A stretch of DNA of 14,340 nt from Candidatus Eiseniibacteriota bacterium (GTDB lineage: Bacteria; Eisenbacteria; RBG-16-71-46; DASYSL01), in the NCBI GenBank assembly GCA_046598045.1, contig JBKJJJ010000066.1, forward strand, positions 1 to 14,340. The letters are read 5' to 3'. Below the pieces are notes generated by a model. That model saw only the letters and a program-made list of their open reading frames with translations, ran no database searches and was not told the DNA's origin. Shown in pieces: positions 1 through 6,503 of the stretch (positions are counted from its first letter, which is position 1; each line of letters starts with the position of its first letter). Both the position numbers and the translations under genes were made by a program.

Positions 1-1
1 G

Positions 2-526
2 CTCGACGCCGACGGGCAGCACAAGCCCGAGGACCTGCCGCGGCTGCTGAACGCGCTCGACGGCGCCGACCTGGTCGTCGGCGCGCGCGTGCGCACGGGC
101 GCGATGCCGCCGCACCGCCGCTTCGGCAACGCGCTCTCGGCCGGATTCCTGACCTGGCTCGCGGGCACGCCGCTGCCCGACGTGCAGTCGGGCTACCGCG
201 CGCATCGCCGCGTCGTGCTCGAGGCGCTCGGCCTCGCCGGGACGGAGTTGCCCGGTGACGCCCTGCGCCCGTCCGCGTTGCGTCCTCCTGCGTTCCGGTC
301 GACCGGCTACGGGTTCGAGTCCGAGATCCTGGTCGCGGCCGCGCGCCTCGGCTTCGCCATCGCCGACATCCCGATCGAGGCGGTGTACGAGGGCGCGCCC
401 AGCCACTTCCACCCGCTGCGCGAGCTGCCGCGCTTCACCTCGCTCTACGCCCGCCTGCTCGCCGACGCGGGACGCTGGTCGGCGTATCGGCGCGCGCTCT
501 CGGCGCGCGTGGGGGGCGCGGCGTGA
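2..526 (+). CDS. Glycosyltransferase family 2 (DPM1-like), 5'-truncated by the window edge
   Basis: Frame is open from base 2: LDADGQHKPEDLPRLL...DLVVGAR...RRFGN...DVQSGYRA...GYGFESE. Contains the DxDGQH and D-x-QSG-Y/F-R motifs of DPM1-like GT2. Stop overlaps the surE start (GTGA). Confidence 0.9.
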   Translation, partial: LDADGQHKPEDLPRLLNALDGADLVVGARVRTGAMPPHRRFGNALSAGFLTWLAGTPLPDVQSGYRAHRRVVLEALGLAGTELPGDALRPSALRPPAFRSTGYGFESEILVAAARLGFAIADIPIEAVYEGAPSHFHPLRELPRFTSLYARLLADAGRWSAYRRALSARVGGAA

Positions 527-1269
527 ACATCCTGGTCACCAACGACGACGGCATCACCTCGGGCGCGCTCTACCTGCTGCGGCAGGAGCTCCAGGACCTC
601 GGCCGCGTGTTCATCGTGGCGCCCGACCGGGACCAGAGCGCGACCAGCCACTCGCTCACGCTCTACCGGCCGATGCGCATCGACCGCCCCGAGCCCGACG
701 TCTTCGCGGTCGATGGCACGCCCACCGATTGCGTGCTCATCGCCGCGCACGGATTGCTCGAGGAGCCGATCGACCTCGTGGTCAGCGGCGTCAACCGCGG
801 CCCGAACATGGGCGACGACGTGTTCTACTCGGGCACGGTCGCCGCCGCGATCGAGGGCGCGATGCAGGGTGTGCCCGGGATCGCGGTCTCGCTCGCCGCC
901 TCGGGGCGCGCGGACTTCCAATATGCCTGCCAGTTCACGCGCCGGCTCGTGGGCACGGTGCTCGCGCGCGGCCTGCCGCCCAAGTGCGTGCTCAACGTCA
1001 ATGTGCCGCAGCTGAAGGTCGACGAGATCAAGGGCGTGCGCGTGACGCGCCTCGGCAAGCGCACCTACCAGGACTCGCTGATCGAACGCACCGACCCGCG
1101 CGGCCGGGCCTACTACTGGATCGGGGGCGACGCGCCGATCTGGGAGCCCGAGGCGGGCAGCGACTTCCTCGCGGTGGACGAGGGCTTCGTGAGCGTCACG
1201 CCGCTCCACCTGGACCTCACCGACAACGCGTTGCGCGGCGAACTCGAGGGTTGGCGCCTCACGCCCTGA
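523..1269 (+). CDS. surE: 5'/3'-nucleotidase SurE
   Basis: MNILVTNDDG, VAPDRDQSATSHSLT, GTPTDCV, SGVNRGPNMGDDVFYSGTVAAA, DPRGRAYYWI and VSVTPL are all canonical SurE motifs. GTG start. Confidence 0.97.
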   Translation: MNILVTNDDGITSGALYLLRQELQDLGRVFIVAPDRDQSATSHSLTLYRPMRIDRPEPDVFAVDGTPTDCVLIAAHGLLEEPIDLVVSGVNRGPNMGDDVFYSGTVAAAIEGAMQGVPGIAVSLAASGRADFQYACQFTRRLVGTVLARGLPPKCVLNVNVPQLKVDEIKGVRVTRLGKRTYQDSLIERTDPRGRAYYWIGGDAPIWEPEAGSDFLAVDEGFVSVTPLHLDLTDNALRGELEGWRLTP

Positions 1270-1297
1270 GCCGCCTTCGGCGCGGTCCTGCAACGGG

Positions 1298-1327
1298 TTG
1301 GCAAGGCCCGCGACCGTATGCTAAGGT
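1298..1327 (+). promoter_or_regulatory. Putative sigma70-type promoter for tRNA-Pro
   Basis: TTGGCA (1298-1303), 18 bp spacer, TAAGGT (1322-1327), with an extended -10 TG at 1319-1320. Confidence 0.45.
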
Positions 1328-1340
1328 GCGCCCTGTTGTG

Positions 1341-1372
1341 AGGGGACCCTGGTCGCCCGGGGTCCTTTCTTG
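1341..1372 (+). terminator. Terminator-like hairpin immediately upstream of tRNA-Pro
   Basis: AGGGGACCCTGG-tcgc-CCGGGGTCCTTT forms a 12-bp stem with G-U pairs and is followed by CTTGT. Confidence 0.4.
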
Positions 1373-1373
1373 T

Positions 1374-1449
<76 letters not shown>

Positions 1450-1458
1450 CGTTTCCTC

Positions 1459-1492
1459 GAAGCCCTTCGGCACTCGTGCCGGAGGGTTTTGT
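1459..1492 (+). terminator. Intrinsic terminator after tRNA-Pro
   Basis: GAAGCCCTTCGGCAC-TC-GTGCCGGAGGGTTTT is a long inverted repeat ending in a T run. Confidence 0.75.
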
Positions 1493-1494
1493 GT

Positions 1495-1503
1495 TGGTAT
1501 CCT
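1495..1503 (+). promoter_or_regulatory. Extended -10 promoter (TGgTATCCT), probably giving a leaderless acyP transcript
   Basis: TG-n-TATCCT ends 6 nt before ATG 1510. No Shine-Dalgarno is present. It lies just after the tRNA terminator. Confidence 0.55.
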
Positions 1504-1509
1504 GCCGGC

Positions 1510-1779
1510 ATGCCCGTGCTCGAGGTCACCGTCCGCGGCCGCGTCCAGGGCGTCGGCTTCCGCCAGTTCATTCGGAACCAGGCGCGGGGGCTCGGCCTGA
1601 CCGGCCGGGTCGCGAACCGGGCGGACGGCTCGGTCCGCGTGGCCGCCGAGGGCGAGCGAGCGCGTCTCGACCTGCTCCTCCTCGCGATCCGCATGGGGCC
1701 GGCCGACAGCCGGATCACGGGCGTCGAGCACGAGTTCACCGACGGGCCCCTCGGCCTGACGGGTTTCGCCATCGAGTGA
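1510..1779 (+). CDS. acyP: Acylphosphatase
   Basis: VRGRVQGVGFR signature and G-x-V-x-N-x-x-DGSV motif. 89 aa from ATG 1510. Confidence 0.93.
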   Translation: MPVLEVTVRGRVQGVGFRQFIRNQARGLGLTGRVANRADGSVRVAAEGERARLDLLLLAIRMGPADSRITGVEHEFTDGPLGLTGFAIE

Positions 1780-1789
1780 GGGAGGTTCG

Positions 1790-2926
1790 TTGAAGCCGAT
1801 CGCACCGAACGGATTCGAGTCGCGCCTGGCCGAGGCGCTGACGCGCGCGCGCCACGCCGGCAAGCTCGGCGCCGACGAGGTCGATGCGCTGCTCGGCGCG
1901 CCCGGCTTCGACGGCGCGCGCTTCGCCGACTTCGCGGACGCGGCGCGCGCCGAGGGCCTCGAGCTCGAGGGCCTCGACGAGACGCCGGTGGGGGACGTCG
2001 AGCCCGCCGGCCCGAAGCTCGGGCTCGTGCGCCCCGGCGGAGAGACATCGATCTCGGACGACCCCGAGAACCAGATCCTCAATCGCTACCTCGCCGACAT
2101 CGCGCGCTTCCCGCTGATTCCCCGCGAGGAGGAGGTCGCGCTCGGTCGCGCGCGCCGCGATGCCGGCCCGACCGCCGAGTGGGCGCGGCGCCGGCTGATC
2201 CTCTCGAACCTCCGCCTCGTCGTCTACCTCGCGCGCCGCTACCGCAATCGCGGCCTCGCCTACCTCGACGTGATCGAGGAGGGCAACCTCGGCCTGATCA
2301 CCGCCGCCGACCGCTTCGACCCCGAACGCGGTATTCGCTTTGCGACCTACGCCTCGTGGTGGATCCGCCAGGCGATCCTGCGCGGCGTGGCCGACCAGGC
2401 GAACTCGGTGCGCATCCCGCTCAAGGTGCTGCGCCAGGTCAAGCGTTACGTCGCGGTCGAGCGCCTGCTGCGTCATCGCCTCGGACGCGAGCCGATGCCC
2501 TCGGAGATCGCGCCCGCGCTCGGGCTTGGGGCCGCGCAGGCCGAGCGCCTCGGGCGCCTGCGGCACTCGATCGGCGGGACCGAGGACATCGACGCGTTCG
2601 ACTTCGCGCCCGAGGACGTCGCGCACGTCAACGACCCGCCGCCGTCGGTCGAGACGCTGATCGAGTGGCAGCTCGAGCACGAGCGGCTCGAGGCGTTCCT
2701 CAAGCGCCTGCCGCATCGCGAGGAAACCCTGATCCGCATTCGCTACGGCTTCTTCGACGGCGAAGAGAAGACCCTGCAACAGACCGGCGAGGCGCTCGGG
2801 GTGACCCGCGAGCGCGTGCGCCAGATCGAGGAACACGCGCTCGCGAAGCTGCGCGCGATGATGGACGAGGCGCCGCGGGCATTCGAACCCGAGGCCGGCC
2901 CCATTCCCGGGAGGTTCCAACGATGA
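1790..2926 (+). CDS. RNA polymerase sigma-70 family factor (RpoD/RpoS type, RpoS-like)
   Basis: Region 1.2 YLADIARFPLIPREEE; region 2 SNLRLVVYLARRYRNRGLAYLDVIEEGNLGL...FDPERGIRFATYASWWIRQ; region 4 TLQQTGEALGVTRERVRQIE. TTG start preceded by GAGGGAGG. Lies between surE and apt. Confidence 0.92.
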   Translation: MKPIAPNGFESRLAEALTRARHAGKLGADEVDALLGAPGFDGARFADFADAARAEGLELEGLDETPVGDVEPAGPKLGLVRPGGETSISDDPENQILNRYLADIARFPLIPREEEVALGRARRDAGPTAEWARRRLILSNLRLVVYLARRYRNRGLAYLDVIEEGNLGLITAADRFDPERGIRFATYASWWIRQAILRGVADQANSVRIPLKVLRQVKRYVAVERLLRHRLGREPMPSEIAPALGLGAAQAERLGRLRHSIGGTEDIDAFDFAPEDVAHVNDPPPSVETLIEWQLEHERLEAFLKRLPHREETLIRIRYGFFDGEEKTLQQTGEALGVTRERVRQIEEHALAKLRAMMDEAPRAFEPEAGPIPGRFQR

Positions 2927-3510
2927 CCGCTTCCGCCACGTTCGCCGCACCCACCACGCCCGGCGCGCCGCTCTCGGCGTGGGTGCGCCCCGTGCCCGAT
3001 TGGCCGCAGCCCGGCGTCTTGTTCCGCGACCTCACCCCGCTGTGGGCCGACGGCGGGGCGTGGGCGCGTTGCGCCGCCGCGCTCGCGAAGCCGTTCGACG
3101 CCACGCCGCCCGAACTCGTGCTCGGGATCGAAGCGCGCGGCTTCGTGGTCGCCGCCGCGCTCGCCGCGCGCTGGGGCGCCGGTCTCCTGCTCGCACGCAA
3201 GCCGGGCAAGCTCCCCGCCGCGACCCACCGCGAGGATTACCAGCTCGAGTACGGCACCGCCGCGATCGAGACCCACCGTGGCCTCGTGCGCGCCGGCCGC
3301 CGGGTGCTGATCGCCGACGACGTGCTCGCCACCGGCGGCACGGCGTTCGCCGCGCTCGACCTGGTGAAGGGGCTCGAGCTGGTCCCGGCCGGCTTCGCGT
3401 TCATCGTGGAGATCGAGCCGTTGGGCGGCCGCGCACGGCTCGGCAACGCACTGCCCGCCCACGCGGTCATCACCTACGACGCGGCGGGCGAGGCACGCGT
3501 CTCCGAGTAG
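2923..3510 (+). CDS. apt: Adenine phosphoribosyltransferase
   Basis: PDWPQPGVLFRDLTPL, GIEARGF, RKPGKLP, YQLEYG and the PRPP loop ADDVLATGGT. ATG overlaps the sigma stop (ATGA). Confidence 0.95.
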   Translation: MTASATFAAPTTPGAPLSAWVRPVPDWPQPGVLFRDLTPLWADGGAWARCAAALAKPFDATPPELVLGIEARGFVVAAALAARWGAGLLLARKPGKLPAATHREDYQLEYGTAAIETHRGLVRAGRRVLIADDVLATGGTAFAALDLVKGLELVPAGFAFIVEIEPLGGRARLGNALPAHAVITYDAAGEARVSE

Positions 3511-3556
3511 CGCTGTCCATTCGCCCCGGTCGACCCGAGATTTTCGGCTGGTTCTC

Positions 3557-3585
3557 TGGACGCTTCCCACGAGCCGCTGCAAGAT
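3557..3585 (+). promoter_or_regulatory. Possible sigma70-type promoter for the SRPBCC-M13 operon
   Basis: TGGACG (3557-3562), 17 bp spacer, CAAGAT (3580-3585) in the intergenic region. Confidence 0.3.
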
Positions 3586-3631
3586 TGCGCGGTTCCGCTG
3601 CTCCCCCTCCCTCAGACCCCGGAGACTCCCG

Positions 3632-4222
3632 ATGCTGAAAAAGGTCCTGCTCCTCCTGCTCGTCGTGCTCGCGGGATTCCTGACGTTCGTGATCACGCGT
3701 CCGGACACCTTCCACGTCGAGCGCTCGGTCACGATCGCCGCGCCGCCCGAGGTCGTGTTCGCGCGCATCGACGACCTGCACGCGTGGGGGGACTGGTCGC
3801 CGTGGGAGAAGCTGGACCCGAAGATGACGCGCAAGTTCGGCGGCCCCGAGAGCGGCCCGGGCGCGAGCTACGCGTGGGCCGGCAACGACAAGGTCGGCAA
3901 GGGCAGGATGACGATCCAGGAGTCCACGCGCCCCTCGCACGTCGGCATCCAGCTCGAGTTCCTCGAGCCATTCAAGGCCACGAGCCAATCCTCGTTCACG
4001 CTTGCGCCCGAGGCTGCGGGCACGAAGGTGACGTGGGCCATGGACGGCAAGAACAACTTCGTGTCCAAGGTCATGTGCGTCTTCATCAGCATGGACAAGA
4101 CCGTCGGCGCGGACTTCGAGAAGGGCCTCGCCAGCCTCGACCAGGTCGCCAGGAACGACACCGCTCGCCGGGCGGCCTCGGCCGCGCGCCAGGCGGCGTC
4201 CGACTCCGCCCGGGCGGAGTGA
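3632..4222 (+). CDS. SRPBCC (START-like / polyketide cyclase-dehydrase family) protein with N-terminal membrane anchor
   Basis: Hydrophobic N-terminus KKVLLLLLVVLAGFLTFVI; motifs FHVERSVTIAAPPEVVF, WGDWSPW, GASYAWAGN, GTKVTWAM, GADFEKGLASL. GGAG SD upstream. Confidence 0.9.
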   Translation: MLKKVLLLLLVVLAGFLTFVITRPDTFHVERSVTIAAPPEVVFARIDDLHAWGDWSPWEKLDPKMTRKFGGPESGPGASYAWAGNDKVGKGRMTIQESTRPSHVGIQLEFLEPFKATSQSSFTLAPEAAGTKVTWAMDGKNNFVSKVMCVFISMDKTVGADFEKGLASLDQVARNDTARRAASAARQAASDSARAE

Positions 4223-6276
4223 ACGTGCGCGCCGCCGCACTCCGCTTCGCTCCGCTCGGCGCACTGTTGCTCGCGCTCATCGTCCCCGCGGCCGCACACG
4301 CGGAAGCGGCATCGACCGCCGCCGCCTACCTCGACGGCTTCGTCGACAAGTCGGTCGATCCGCGCACGGACTTCTTCCACTCCGCGGTCGGCGGCTGGCT
4401 CAAGGCGCACCCGATCCCCGCCACCGAGCGCGGCTGGGGCATCGGCCAGGTCGTCGACGAGGAGAACTACCGCCGCCTGATCGCGATCAACGACGAGGCC
4501 GCGCGTACCCCCGGGGCGCCGGGCAGCAACGCCCAGAAGATCGGCGATTTCTGGTCGGCGGCCATGGACTCGGACCGGGCCGCGCAACAGGGGCTCGCCC
4601 CGCTGGCGGAGGAGTTCGCGCGCATCGACTCGGTGAGGACGCGCGCCGATCTGCCGCGCGTGATCGCGGGCATGAAGCGGATGGGCGCGAGCGGGTTCTG
4701 CCGCTTCGGGATCGAACAGGACGAGAAGAACAGCGCCCGCTACGCGGTCCACCTCGGGCAGGGGGGCCTCGGGCTGCCGAACCGCGACTACTACTTCGAC
4801 ACGGGGACCCGCTCCGCGATGCTTCGGCGCCAGTACGTGGCCCACGTCGGCCGCATGTTCCATCTGCTGGGCGACGACTCCACGCGCGCGGCCCGCAATG
4901 CGCGCACCGTGATGACCATGGAGACCGAGCTCGCGCGCGCTTCGCGCAAGCTCGCTGCGCTGCGCGATCCGATCGCGAACTACCACGCCATGTCGCTCGC
5001 CCGCATCGGCCGGCTCGCCCCATCCGTGCGCTGGAAGCAGTTCCTCGCCGAGGCGCACGTCGATCGCGTGGACACGGTGATCGTCGGGCAGCCCGAGTTC
5101 GTGCGCCAGCTCGGGCGCTCGCTCCAGACCCACACGGTCGCCGAGTGGAAGACCTACCTGAGGTGGCACCTCGCGCACTCGTTCGCCTCGGAGGCAGGGG
5201 GCGCGTTTGATGCCGAGGACTTCCACTTCTACGGGAACATCCTGAGCGGCGTCCCCGAGCAGCGTCCGCGCTGGAAGCGCATGCTCGACGAGGAGGAGAA
5301 CTACCTCGGCGACGCTCTCGGGCAGCTGTACGTCGCGAAGCACTTCTCGGCGCATGATCGCGAACGCTACGAGAGGCTCACCGACCGCATCTTCGCCGCC
5401 TTCGGTGCGCGCATCGACCGGCTCGACTGGATGAGCCCGGCGACGAAGGCGCGCGCGCGCCACAAGCTCGACACGGTGGTGAAGAAGATCGGTTACCCGG
5501 ACCACTGGCGGGACTACTCGTCGTATGTGGTCGAGCGCGGATCGTTTCTCGGCAATGTCCTGCGCGGCAACCTCTGGCAGACCGACTACCAGATCGCGAA
5601 ACTCTACAAGCCCGTCGACCGCACCGAGTGGGACATCACGCCCCAGACCTACAACGCGTACTACAACTCGTCGAACAACGAGATCGTCGCGCCGGCGGCG
5701 AACTTCATCCTGCCCGGCATCGCCGATTCCCTGATCGACGACGCGGTGGTCTACGCCTACGCCGGCGGCAGCACGCTGGGGCACGAGATCACGCACGGCT
5801 TCGACGACGACGGCCGCCAGTTCGACGAGCAGGGCAACCTGAAGAATTGGTGGACTCCGCAGGACGAGAAGGAGTTCAAGCAGCGCGCGGCCGGCATCGT
5901 GAAGCAGTTCGACGGCTATGTCGTGGCCGACAGCCTGCACGTCAACGGTGCGGCCACCACGGGGGAGAACATCGCGGACCTGGGCGGCATCCAGCTCGCC
6001 TGGGACGCGTTCACGGAGACCGACGAGTACAAGCGGGGGACCTCGATCGGGGGCTACACGCCGGCGCAGCGCTTCTTCTTCGGCTGGGCGGTGGCGTGGA
6101 TGTACCAGTACCGTCCCGAGGTCGTGGTGCTCCGCGTCAAGACCGACGTCCACTCGCCGGAGTACCTGCGCGTCAACGGGCCGCTGTCGAACCTGCCGCA
6201 GTTCTACGACGCGTTCGGGGTCAAGCCCGGGGATGGGATGTACCGTTCGGACGGGGAGCGGGTCAAGATCTGGTAG
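4219..6276 (+). CDS. Secreted M13 family (neprilysin/PepO-like) zinc metallopeptidase
   Basis: GTG start overlaps the upstream stop (GTGA). Signal peptide ends in AHA. Motifs VDPRTDFF, GGLGLPNRDYY, KIGYPD, NAYY, HEITHGFDD, GENIAD, HSP. 685 aa. Confidence 0.95.
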   Translation: MNVRAAALRFAPLGALLLALIVPAAAHAEAASTAAAYLDGFVDKSVDPRTDFFHSAVGGWLKAHPIPATERGWGIGQVVDEENYRRLIAINDEAARTPGAPGSNAQKIGDFWSAAMDSDRAAQQGLAPLAEEFARIDSVRTRADLPRVIAGMKRMGASGFCRFGIEQDEKNSARYAVHLGQGGLGLPNRDYYFDTGTRSAMLRRQYVAHVGRMFHLLGDDSTRAARNARTVMTMETELARASRKLAALRDPIANYHAMSLARIGRLAPSVRWKQFLAEAHVDRVDTVIVGQPEFVRQLGRSLQTHTVAEWKTYLRWHLAHSFASEAGGAFDAEDFHFYGNILSGVPEQRPRWKRMLDEEENYLGDALGQLYVAKHFSAHDRERYERLTDRIFAAFGARIDRLDWMSPATKARARHKLDTVVKKIGYPDHWRDYSSYVVERGSFLGNVLRGNLWQTDYQIAKLYKPVDRTEWDITPQTYNAYYNSSNNEIVAPAANFILPGIADSLIDDAVVYAYAGGSTLGHEITHGFDDDGRQFDEQGNLKNWWTPQDEKEFKQRAAGIVKQFDGYVVADSLHVNGAATTGENIADLGGIQLAWDAFTETDEYKRGTSIGGYTPAQRFFFGWAVAWMYQYRPEVVVLRVKTDVHSPEYLRVNGPLSNLPQFYDAFGVKPGDGMYRSDGERVKIW

Positions 6277-6290
6277 ATTGGGGGCCGCAT

Positions 6291-6367
6291 GCCCCCGTAG
6301 CTCAGGTGGATAGAGCAGCAGTTTCCTAAACTGCGTGCCGGGTGTTCGAGTCACCCCGGGGGCACCA
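6291..6367 (+). tRNA. tRNA-Arg, anticodon CCT; CCA encoded
   Basis: Acceptor GCCCCCG/CGGGGGC, D arm GCTC/GAGC, anticodon arm GCAGT-TTCCTAA-ACTGC, T arm GGGTG-TTCGAGT-CACCC, ACCA end. Confidence 0.97.
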
Positions 6368-6396
6368 TCTCCATTCCAGTCACCGTAGGGCCGGCC

Positions 6397-6425
6397 TTGA
6401 CCGCCCCTCGGACAGCACCTAATAT
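6397..6425 (+). promoter_or_regulatory. Sigma70-type promoter for the beta-propeller gene
   Basis: TTGACC (6397-6402), exactly 17 bp spacer, TAATAT (6420-6425). Near consensus and conspicuous in GC-rich DNA. Confidence 0.7.
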
Positions 6426-6503
6426 TGATGTCCTTGTGCTCGTGCCCGTCTCCGGCGTGGATCGCCCCGCCGGAGTACCCCTCCCTGCACGTCGGAGCCT
6501 GTC

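Noticed and set aside
1298..1315. Sigma54 promoter at TTGGCA
   Set aside because: No TTGC -12 element at the required spacing.
2179..2922. N-terminal extension of the apt ORF (443 aa); similar extensions for M13 (from 3784), M15 (from 12250), S8 (from 8363) and acyP (from 1489)
   Set aside because: The extensions overlap upstream genes or regulatory DNA and are low-complexity. True starts are supported by stop/start overlaps, signal peptides or domain boundaries.
3868..6354. 828-aa antisense ORF over SRPBCC/M13 (likewise 8429-11110, 12100-14304, 1736-2950, 445-1293)
   Set aside because: Shadow ORFs expected from high GC3 on the opposite strand. They have no recognisable motifs, while the overlapping genes have clear family signatures.
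6340..6367. tRNA-Arg 3' end as attL of an integrated element
   Set aside because: No direct repeat or integrase was found in the window, so a mobile element cannot be called.
6291..6367. tRNA-Arg(CCT) as a bldA-like regulator of neighbouring AGG-containing secreted genes
   Set aside because: Only a few scattered AGG codons occur per gene, with no evident 5' clustering and no genome baseline to test enrichment.
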